Positions 9,335 through 17,714 of a DNA stretch of 64,000 nucleotides are shown piece by piece (position 1 is the stretch's first letter; the number at the start of each line of letters is the position of its first letter). A program made the translations under genes and the position numbers. Where the stretch lies: contig JBJEGD010000026.1 in the NCBI GenBank assembly GCA_051874735.1, positions 166,815-230,814 of the forward strand, in the 5' to 3' direction. This stretch comes from Candidatus Bruticola sp. (GTDB taxonomy: Bacteria > Vulcanimicrobiota > Xenobia > Xenobiales > Xenobiaceae). Below the pieces are notes generated by a model. That model saw only the letters and a list, made by a program, of their open reading frames with translations, had not been told where the DNA came from and searched no databases.

Positions 9335-11707
9335 TTAGTAGTTAGCAAACATGGTCACAGTCACCTTACGATGGGCAGAAGCAACTAAAAGTTTGTTTAT
9401 GTAGGCAGGATCGAAAGTCATATCTACACTTTTAGCTTTATAATAAATATTGCCCGTTCCATCTGTCTTAGTGGCTTCTCCATCAGCTTGTGGGTCTTTT
9501 CCGTAGGCAACCATGGAGCCAGTTAAATTTAAGCGGCTATTTTTGCCTATATCGACATTTATGTTGCCGCAGGCGTAGATAACGCCGGCTATTTCCTGAT
9601 CGGAGTAATTAAGACTCTGGTAGCGACTGAGCAAACCGGCCAGTTGCTGAGATTTGTAAGTTTCGTAGTTTGAACTTTGCTCCGCTGGAGGAACTAGCTT
9701 GTCAGTTAAGTCTACATTAGTAATGGAAGTCATTTCCTGATTGCTTCCCCCGTCAGTGGTACTTTGAGAGGCTTCTCTACCCGCGTTATAAATTCTTCGC
9801 ACATCTCGATAATATTCACAAGTCGTTGGATCATGCTTAGTAACACGAGTACCATATTGGTAAGGGCAAGAGCAATAAACAATAGACAGATCAATTGTTT
9901 GGTAGTTGCTCAAAGTGTCCTCGCCCAACATACCTTCGGAGTAAATTTGGGCTACCATAGCTCTTCCTTTTTCATTATTTATGAAGCCTGTTATGCCTGT
10001 TATTTCTTTTCCTAAACCTCTATTCGAACTACAGTAGGCTCTATTATTATGTTTACATGATTCGCATCCATCTATAATGTTGATATTGGCGGCAGTTTCA
10101 ATGTTTATATCATCAAGTTCTGTAGCAGTTATTCCTTCGATGATTACAGGTTTTTCGTGAGCTACACCTGTAGTAGGATCTATAGCAATATTGTCATAAG
10201 GCTTGTTGGTATCTTTATTGGGAGTAGGGGAGATCTCTTCCATATGGGCTGTAGTGTTGTAAATAGTTTCCAAATTTACGTCGCCTTTAGCGTAAATAGA
10301 GACACCTACACCGGGATCCGACTCTAAAATACTAGGCCCCTGCATGCTTATATTGCCTTCGGCGGTAATGGCTCCGTTGCCAATAGTAGCTCCTGAAATG
10401 GTAATGTTGCCAGTGCCAGTTAAAATAGTAGTATCAGTGTCTCCCTGATTCTGGCTGGCAAAACCCACAATTGGACGGGTGCCATATTCATTTATATCAG
10501 AACGAATTAACAGATCGCCGTCAACATACATGTTTTTGTCGAACATAATGGCTAAATTGTCACTGTCAACGGTCATATCTTTATTGGTATTGTTGATAAC
10601 TTCATAACCGCTATCTGGAAGAGTTTGACCGTAGTAGTATATCTTACCGGGATAATGGTGCAGTTCATTTTTTCCGGAAGAATTTCTTACCCATACATAG
10701 GTACCAGCCGACAATTTTGTGTCCTTGGCTGTGGCTCGAGGAATATCTTCCCAAGAAAGGGCCGTAAAGTTTTTGCCGGAATTGCTTTGTTCACTTTTTA
10801 CAGTTTTAGGATTTTTGCCATTTACTTTAAATGAGTCTCCGTAATAGACGGTTGCTCCATTTTCAACTCTAAAGCTGTTGTCGTTTTTTTTGTTAACTTT
10901 CAAATCTACTTTACCCAAAGAGCGCATGTTGGGAGCGGCAGAACCATCTGAGGAAACTAAAGAAAATGACTCTACTTTGCCTGTAATATTGCCGGCAGCG
11001 CTGACTACAGAGTCAGAATTTAAAAAATCGGGATCGAGAGATACGTAAAGTTCTAGTATTTGCTGAGCACAGCCGGATTTTTCGTTTATAGGCTCATTTA
11101 AGGTGGCTTCACGCACCGCTTCGCCACTGAAGCCCTCTACGATAAGGTTACAGGTGGCTTTGGGAATAGTGACTGCCTGTACATTGTTGTTGGGAGTAAA
11201 AACATTTTTGGTTCCGTCGTTTACATATTTGCCCATAACTACGCCGTTTTTATCAGCGGGATAGGCAAAGCGAGGAACCGTGTTAAAAAGGTTGTTGGTG
11301 GAAATGTAAGGGGAAGCAATTTTCTTAGAGCTATTTTTCATACCGTCCAGGCCGTCATCTCCGTCTTCACAGTTAAATTTAATACGGAAGACTGATTTTT
11401 TGCCGTTAGTGCTGGTTAAAATGCCCCAGACGTTTCCTTCTGCTTCTTTTACTTCAAAATTGTTAGTTTTCAGCTCATAAGGGGAAGAGGGGTTTGCTTT
11501 CCAAAGAATATTGCTCTGCAGGCGGGTAATAGCATATTGAGCACCTGATTGAGCTGCTATCAGAGCATTTTCTTTATCGTAAAAATTATTAGTCAGCCTG
11601 AAACTGCCGAAGTTAGAGTAAACTACTGAGCTCAGGAGCATGATAACTAAAACAACTGCTAGCATTGTTGTTATTAATACAATGCCTTTTTTCCGTCCCT
11701 TCAGCAT
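9335..11707 (-). CDS. Large PilX/GspK-like minor pilin, paralogue A
   Basis: Class III signal-like start MLKGRKKG|IVLITTMLAVVLVIMLLSS without Glu5; ALIAAQSGAQYA typical of PilX N-terminus; GGAGG RBS. Confidence 0.8.
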   Translation of the reverse strand: MLKGRKKGIVLITTMLAVVLVIMLLSSVVYSNFGSFRLTNNFYDKENALIAAQSGAQYAITRLQSNILWKANPSSPYELKTNNFEVKEAEGNVWGILTSTNGKKSVFRIKFNCEDGDDGLDGMKNSSKKIASPYISTNNLFNTVPRFAYPADKNGVVMGKYVNDGTKNVFTPNNNVQAVTIPKATCNLIVEGFSGEAVREATLNEPINEKSGCAQQILELYVSLDPDFLNSDSVVSAAGNITGKVESFSLVSSDGSAAPNMRSLGKVDLKVNKKNDNSFRVENGATVYYGDSFKVNGKNPKTVKSEQSNSGKNFTALSWEDIPRATAKDTKLSAGTYVWVRNSSGKNELHHYPGKIYYYGQTLPDSGYEVINNTNKDMTVDSDNLAIMFDKNMYVDGDLLIRSDINEYGTRPIVGFASQNQGDTDTTILTGTGNITISGATIGNGAITAEGNISMQGPSILESDPGVGVSIYAKGDVNLETIYNTTAHMEEISPTPNKDTNKPYDNIAIDPTTGVAHEKPVIIEGITATELDDINIETAANINIIDGCESCKHNNRAYCSSNRGLGKEITGITGFINNEKGRAMVAQIYSEGMLGEDTLSNYQTIDLSIVYCSCPYQYGTRVTKHDPTTCEYYRDVRRIYNAGREASQSTTDGGSNQEMTSITNVDLTDKLVPPAEQSSNYETYKSQQLAGLLSRYQSLNYSDQEIAGVIYACGNINVDIGKNSRLNLTGSMVAYGKDPQADGEATKTDGTGNIYYKAKSVDMTFDPAYINKLLVASAHRKVTVTMFANY

Positions 11708-11950
11708 TTCTGCCTCCCAAAAATAATTATCAGAAATAAACTGTTAAAAAGAATGGCATAAATCCTCTTAATTATAGGTCTTATTAAAAAAATTATCAAT
11801 TAAAAAGCATATTACGTATGTTCAAGAAATAAAAAAAACTTACTTTTCGATGTATGCCTAATAGATGTCTTTTTTACAAAAGATCGCTGCTTTCGTCGTT
11901 ATTTCTGTTAAGATTGCTGGCCTTAGCTTTAAAGTTATTGTAAAGAAAAA

Positions 11951-11978
11951 AGCCCCGGATTTATATAAATCCGGGGCT
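11951..11978 (-). terminator. Terminator of PilX-like gene B
   Basis: Perfect 28-bp palindrome AGCCCCGGATTTATATAAATCCGGGGCT followed on the minus strand by TTTTTCTTT. Confidence 0.85.
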
Positions 11979-11998
11979 GGATGGGCCTAGTTTGACCT

Positions 11999-14539
11999 TT
12001 AGAAGCTGGAGAACATAATCTGTTTAAGCTTTCTCCGAGCATTCAGCGAAATAAATGAACCCATGTAATCGGGGTCTAGAGTCATACCTACAGATTTGGC
12101 TTTTATATTTATTTGACCACCTTCGCCGTTGCCGGGAGTGCTGTTGCTAGGATCGCCTCCGTAGGCTATCATGGCGCCGGTTAAGTTGAGAGTACTATTA
12201 GAACCAAGGTCGGCATTAATATTGCCCCAAGCGTAGATAACTCCGGAAATATCTTGATCGGAATATTTTATTTCACCGTAGCGGGTCATCAAATCGCTGA
12301 GCTGACTCTGCTTTTTATCGCGGAAGTTCTTACTGGCCAATTTGCTATCAACGTAGTTTTGCACGTTGCTCAAGTTATCGGGAGTAAACTCTGCATCGGA
12401 TATTTCAATAGGAGTTACAGTACCATCGTCATAGCCGTCATCGTCGTCATCGTCCCAGTTGTCATCATCAAACAGGTATTTTAATAACTTGTTAGTCTTG
12501 TTATAAAGATCTTGACGCGCTGTGGCTATTTCCCGAAACTTATCTTCAGATAAACAGAATTTATTTCGAGTGTTTGAATCTTGAGCCTGCAGATAAGCTG
12601 AGTCATCATCTTGTTTGCATTGAATGTTACAGAAATCTACAAGACAGGTACAGTATGCAAAATCATTATAATACTCTGATGAAGGTTGCCATCCTTGTAT
12701 ATGTTCATGTGAGCCAGCGGCTAGAGCGGCGCCCTCTTCATATCTGGACTGATAAAAATGGTCGAAGTATTTGTCAGTTTGTTGGGGACTAAAAAGATTG
12801 GAATCTATTTGACCATTTTCTCTGTAAGCAGCTAAGTATATTGACATGAGCGTCCTATATGCATTCAGAGCATCGTTTTTCATGTTTTGAGCTTCTGTAG
12901 GATGCTCAAGCCTAACTGTTTTGCCTTTGGGGTTATTTTTATTAGGTCCTTTTGATTTTCCAGGTTCGCTGGGTTTAACACTAATCGTTGGATCGCTTTC
13001 AGCCAACTGAAATTTTTTGGGTTCAGCTTTTTTTACCGTTTCAGTTACATCTTCAATGGGCAGCAGATTGACGTCGCCTTTAGCGTAAACTGAAACGCCA
13101 ACGCCAGGATCCGATTCTAAAATGCTGGGCCCTTGCAAAGAGATGTTGCCAGCTGAAATTAGGGAGCCTCCTCCTAAGGCAGCTCCTTCAATGAAAATAT
13201 TGTTGTCAGAAGTTATAATCGGATAATTGCCGGAACTGTCTTTCAGAAAAGCTACAATGGGACGGGAGGCTCCACCCTCTTTATCGTAGCGAATGATAAA
13301 AGAAGAGGTTTGGCCATTGGAAGCTACAGACAGATTATCAGAAATCGTCATAGTCTGACTGCTGAAATCTATTTCTATGCCGGGCATGTTAGCCGTTATT
13401 TTTGTTTTGGCTGTATCTGCCGGAATAGAAGTGCCAGGAGGGAAGTTGCCGTCGTAGCGAACTAATACGTTTGTTTTGCCGCTTTTGTCATCGGGATCTT
13501 TTTCCCAGCGATAAGTGCCGGCTGTAACTTTTATAAAGGATTTATCCTTGCACTTTTCCTGTACCGATTCCCACGTAACTTGGGCGAAGTTACTGGTGTC
13601 TTTGCTGGTAAAAACGGTATAGCTCGATTGCTTAGGATCTGACAGTTTAATATCGCTGGCTGCAGCTGAGACGATCTGGCCGTCAGACATGTCGAGCAGG
13701 CCAGCATTGATGGAAGCACTACCTAAAGTTCGCATCTTGGGCGCATTGCTGCCTTTAGCATTGCTGGCTCTAATTACATTGGCCTTGATTGTCAAATTAC
13801 TAGCGGCGCTAGCTACAGAGTCAGTAAATTGCTCTTCGGAATCTAAAGTTAAATAAGCTTCAGAGCGGACGGAAGTTTGGCCGGATAAGTCGGAGCTGCG
13901 CAAAGCGGCTAAATCGTCAAGTTCTAAATCGCGCAGTGAATTGCCAGCAAAACCTTCAGCTATTAAGTAGCAGCTGGCTTTGCCTAGCTCAAAACTGGGG
14001 GAATTCTCAGCTTCAACATATTTTGTACCGTAGGAGTCGCTACTTTCTTTCAGCCTAATAGTGCCGTCAGCGGAAGCTGTATAAACTTTAACGGGTGTGC
14101 TGTTGAATAAATTGTTTACTGAAACGTAAGGAGAAGCAATTTTGCCTGATAAGCTACTATTGTTGAGGCCATCTAAGCCGCCTGCGCCGTCTTCATAGTT
14201 GAATTTTAAACGGAAGAAAGATCTGCGGCCGTTAGATGTAGTAATACAGCCCAGTACGTTACCTTCTTTTTCAATAACTTCTAGGCCTTTGCTAGTTTCA
14301 GAAATATTTTTTGCTTCAGCTGCTCGCCAGGTAATATTGTCTTGTAGACGAGTAACGGCGTATTGTATACCTGATTGGGCCGCCATAAGGGCTTCTTCTC
14401 TTCCGTAAAAGTTAGAGGCCAGACGCATGCCGCCCAAATTGGAGTACACAACCGAACTTAGTAGCATGATTACTAACACAACGGTGAGCATTGTAGTTAT
14501 CAACACAATGCCGCGTTTGTTTTTTAGCATATCTGCCAA
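11999..14539 (-). CDS. Large PilX/GspK-like minor pilin, paralogue B
   Basis: MLKNKRG|IVLITTMLTVVLVIMLLSS; ALMAAQSGIQYA; alignable with A and C outside a central-distal insert; AGGAGG RBS. Confidence 0.8.
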   Translation of the reverse strand: MADMLKNKRGIVLITTMLTVVLVIMLLSSVVYSNLGGMRLASNFYGREEALMAAQSGIQYAVTRLQDNITWRAAEAKNISETSKGLEVIEKEGNVLGCITTSNGRRSFFRLKFNYEDGAGGLDGLNNSSLSGKIASPYVSVNNLFNSTPVKVYTASADGTIRLKESSDSYGTKYVEAENSPSFELGKASCYLIAEGFAGNSLRDLELDDLAALRSSDLSGQTSVRSEAYLTLDSEEQFTDSVASAASNLTIKANVIRASNAKGSNAPKMRTLGSASINAGLLDMSDGQIVSAAASDIKLSDPKQSSYTVFTSKDTSNFAQVTWESVQEKCKDKSFIKVTAGTYRWEKDPDDKSGKTNVLVRYDGNFPPGTSIPADTAKTKITANMPGIEIDFSSQTMTISDNLSVASNGQTSSFIIRYDKEGGASRPIVAFLKDSSGNYPIITSDNNIFIEGAALGGGSLISAGNISLQGPSILESDPGVGVSVYAKGDVNLLPIEDVTETVKKAEPKKFQLAESDPTISVKPSEPGKSKGPNKNNPKGKTVRLEHPTEAQNMKNDALNAYRTLMSIYLAAYRENGQIDSNLFSPQQTDKYFDHFYQSRYEEGAALAAGSHEHIQGWQPSSEYYNDFAYCTCLVDFCNIQCKQDDDSAYLQAQDSNTRNKFCLSEDKFREIATARQDLYNKTNKLLKYLFDDDNWDDDDDDGYDDGTVTPIEISDAEFTPDNLSNVQNYVDSKLASKNFRDKKQSQLSDLMTRYGEIKYSDQDISGVIYAWGNINADLGSNSTLNLTGAMIAYGGDPSNSTPGNGEGGQINIKAKSVGMTLDPDYMGSFISLNARRKLKQIMFSSF

Positions 14540-14664
14540 CCTCCTTTACCTAAATTTTTATGCAGCTTTTAGGAGAGTTGTTGTAAAGCCGCTCGGTATT
14601 TTTCTTGTTTATGTTGTGTTTGAAGTTTGCTCCCATAAAAAGAGCCTAATCTAGGCTATTACAC

Positions 14665-14726
14665 AATTAGAGCCCGCGTCCTTTATAAAAAATTAAGAAA
14701 CGTGGGCTCTAATTTATTTTTTGTTT
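14665..14726 (+). terminator. Inverted repeat/terminator between PilX-like genes B and C
   Basis: AATTAGAGCCCGCGT ... ACGTGGGCTCTAATT; T-tract lies on the plus strand. Confidence 0.55.
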
Positions 14727-14776
14727 AATTTAGGCTTGATGCTGCGATGCTGGATCGCACAGCATAGCGTAGCTAT

Positions 14777-17185
14777 TTAGAAGCTGGAGAACATAGTCTG
14801 TTTCAGCCTGCGTCTAGCATTGGCCGCTAAGAATGAACCCATATAGTCAGGATCGAGAGTCATGCCAATACTGCCGGCATTTATAGTAATAGTTCCTTTC
14901 TTGTCTTTACCGGGAGTTTTTGTTTTAGGATCTGCTCCGTAGGCTACCATAGCTCCTGTAAGATTGAGCGTGCTGCTCGCACCTATATCGGCATTGATAT
15001 TGCCCCACGCGTAAATAACGCCGGAAATATCTTGATCGGAGTATTTGAGTTGACCGTATCGAGTCATAAGGTCGGCCAACTGAGCTTCCTTATTGTCGCG
15101 GAAGTTGTCGCTAGCTAAATCTTTATCGATGCAGTTCTGCACATTGCTGATGTCGCTCGAGGAAAGCACCGTATCAACTTCAGTGGAACCGGCTACCTGC
15201 TCGGTTGGCTCCCAGTTATCTGGATTACGGAGATATGTATCTAGCGCTGGCATCAGAGGTTGAGATTGATCTCCTTTATCTCCTCTATGTTTAGACATCG
15301 TTAAGGCGTAATACAGTTCCAACGCTTCGTCAAAGCTCATTTTATCTCCACCTATATAAGGAGTTATACTAAGAGACGATGTAACTTCTGGCTCACCATT
15401 TTGAAGCTTTGCACAGTTGCTTGCATACTCTGCACAGTAGGCTTCAAACATCAATGCGGCTGCTGCGTGGCTAGAGTCGCTGCTAAAGAAATTACTGCAC
15501 TGTTTATGTTTTGTTGTGATATGACTGATAATATTGTTGAAAACATTAACTTTTAGAGCGTTATATTCGTCATTTTCTTTAAGAACATAAACTTTCTCTG
15601 TAGTGCTTCCCCCTGTTGAACCGCCGTTATTGTCGACTTCTGGAGGAGTGGTAGGCTTTATAGTGTCTTTGACGGTTGAGGTCAAGTCTTCAATGGGCAG
15701 CAGATTGACGTCTTTTTTAGAGTAGATGGAGACGCCTACGCCGGGATCTGACTCCAAAATACTGGGCCCCTGCAAAGAGATATTGCCTTCAGAAGTAATA
15801 GAGCCGCCTCCCAAAGTGGCCGCCTGCAGAAAGATATCGCCTGAAGAACTGATAATGGGTGAAGTTTTTGTTTCAGGATTTTCTAAAAGAGCAACAATAG
15901 GACGGGAAGCACCGCTGTCCTTGTCATAGCGCACAATAAAAGAGGCGTCTTTGCCGTCGGCTACTATCAGAAGGTTCTGCGATATTTTCATAGTTTGAGT
16001 ATCAAAGTCTATGGTCATTCCTGGCAGACTCGATACAACTGTCGATTTGGCGTCTGTGGGAATAGACTCGCCAGGAGGATAGATGCCTTGATAGCGTTTC
16101 AAAACATTCTTTTTGGTGTCAGGGTCAACGCTCCACACATAAGTTCCTGATTGCAACTCTGTGTACGTCTGGCCGGGAGAGTCTGCTTTGGTGACGTCAT
16201 CCCAGATAATCTGAGCAAAATTGCCCGAATCGTTGCTACTTTTTGCCGTATAGTTAGCTTCTTTGTTAATGGATTGGCCGTTTATGCTGTAACTGCAGCC
16301 TTCCCCATAGTAAAATTGGCCGCTGGGAAAATCTATGCTGTTGCTTTGTATAGTCAGATTCTTTAAGGTGCGGATTTTGGGGGCTGAACCGCCTTTAGCA
16401 TTATTTACGCGAAAAATTGAAGAATTTGTTTTTAAATCGTTGGCTGCACAAGCTACAGAATCGGTAAACTGCTCATCTGCTGCTAAGTCCAGATAGCTTT
16501 CTACGGTTACACAGATGGCATTGCAGCGCTCTTTTGAAATTTTGAGCATATCTGTCAAGCTCATATCGCGCACTCCGTCGCCAGCGAAGCCTTCTACAAC
16601 AAGATAGCAGCTCGATTTATCCAGCACAAAATTGCTGGAATTTTCGGCTTCTTGGCGGTCTTTACCGTACTCATCTTTGTAAGTGTTCAGCTTGAGAGTG
16701 CCATCTTTTGATGCTGTATAGACTTTTGTCGATATGCTGCTGGTAAGGTTATTAACAGAGACATAAGGAGAGGGAATTTTGGCTGAGTCTGAACTATCGT
16801 TCAGGCCATCAAAGCCATTTTCGCCGTCTTCATAATTAAATTTTATGCGAAAGAAAGAGCGGCGTCCATTTTTGCTGTCGATCATGCCGACAACATTGCC
16901 GTTATTCTCAATGACGCTTAGACCTGTGCTGCTATCCGAAATAGTTTCGCTGTCGTCGCAGCCTTTCCAAGTGATGTTGTTCTGCAGCTTAGTTATGGCG
17001 TACTGTACGCCTGACTGGGCAGCCATGATGGCCTGTTCGCGTCCGTAAAAATTGGAAGCCAGTCTCATACTGCCTATATTTGAGTAAACTATTGAGCTAA
17101 GCAGCATAATTACCAACACTACCGTTAGCATGGTAGTGATTAGTACTATGCCTCGTTTGTTTTTCAACATACTGACCCCCTTCAT
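14777..17185 (-). CDS. Large PilX/GspK-like minor pilin, paralogue C
   Basis: MLKNKRG|IVLITTMLTVVLVIMLLSS (true start probably the MLKNKRG Met); AIMAAQSGVQYA; C-terminus RRRLKQTMFSSF nearly identical to B. Confidence 0.8.
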   Translation of the reverse strand: MKGVSMLKNKRGIVLITTMLTVVLVIMLLSSIVYSNIGSMRLASNFYGREQAIMAAQSGVQYAITKLQNNITWKGCDDSETISDSSTGLSVIENNGNVVGMIDSKNGRRSFFRIKFNYEDGENGFDGLNDSSDSAKIPSPYVSVNNLTSSISTKVYTASKDGTLKLNTYKDEYGKDRQEAENSSNFVLDKSSCYLVVEGFAGDGVRDMSLTDMLKISKERCNAICVTVESYLDLAADEQFTDSVACAANDLKTNSSIFRVNNAKGGSAPKIRTLKNLTIQSNSIDFPSGQFYYGEGCSYSINGQSINKEANYTAKSSNDSGNFAQIIWDDVTKADSPGQTYTELQSGTYVWSVDPDTKKNVLKRYQGIYPPGESIPTDAKSTVVSSLPGMTIDFDTQTMKISQNLLIVADGKDASFIVRYDKDSGASRPIVALLENPETKTSPIISSSGDIFLQAATLGGGSITSEGNISLQGPSILESDPGVGVSIYSKKDVNLLPIEDLTSTVKDTIKPTTPPEVDNNGGSTGGSTTEKVYVLKENDEYNALKVNVFNNIISHITTKHKQCSNFFSSDSSHAAAALMFEAYCAEYASNCAKLQNGEPEVTSSLSITPYIGGDKMSFDEALELYYALTMSKHRGDKGDQSQPLMPALDTYLRNPDNWEPTEQVAGSTEVDTVLSSSDISNVQNCIDKDLASDNFRDNKEAQLADLMTRYGQLKYSDQDISGVIYAWGNINADIGASSTLNLTGAMVAYGADPKTKTPGKDKKGTITINAGSIGMTLDPDYMGSFLAANARRRLKQTMFSSF

Positions 17186-17714
17186 TGGATTATTTATAGG
17201 CTTAAATGTATACGAAATTTTATGTCAGATGTTAATGTTCTGGGTAAAGTGTGAAAACTAAAAAGGCTCATGGCCTATCCTGCTCTCATTCTACAATAGC
17301 TTGGTTATTATTGCCAACTTAATATTGTTAATTTTCATCCCTTTATAAATGTTCTTAACTTTTTCTTTATGTTGAGAGGAGTTCAATTTTGAGCTTTTGA
17401 GATGTTGGCAAGCTGCTATATGTTACAAAGGAGTGAGATTTTTGCAAAAATAATAAAATAGATAAAAAATTGGCTTGTCTAAGCAGAAAAAAGTTTGTAA
17501 ATTTAGGATAATGAATAGTAGGACTTTTTTCGTCAGCTTAGCGATTTTCTCGATCCCACTGACTGGGTCGGGCTCTTCTTGGGCTGTCGGCGCAGATTCA
17601 GCTCGTCAAGAAGCTTCCGGGGCTGAACAAAGGCATGAGGCCTCTGAAGTCCTAAGGTTAAATGGTCTAGAAAAGACTTCTGTCGTCACCTATACAGAAA
17701 AGAGTGAGGAATCG

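Noticed and set aside
12425-12472. (TCA/TCG)n-like triplet run as a phase-variable repeat
   Set aside because: Imperfect in-frame poly-Asp linker (DDDNWDDDDDDGYDDG); unit changes would not shift frame.
9335-17185. Diversity-generating retroelement or shufflon driving pilin variation
   Set aside because: No reverse transcriptase, template repeat, recombinase or inverted cassettes in the window; the inserts are non-alignable rather than adenine-mutated copies.
17530-17700. c-di-AMP (ydaO) or c-di-GMP riboswitch in the GH13 leader
   Set aside because: Fragments such as CGTCAGCT and GGGGCTGAA occur but not in consensus order, and core motifs are missing.
17475-17714. 80-codon N-terminal extension of the GH13 ORF with a weak signal-peptide look
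   Set aside because: TTG start without an RBS, versus GAGGA-ATG at 17715; treated as leader, though not fully excluded.
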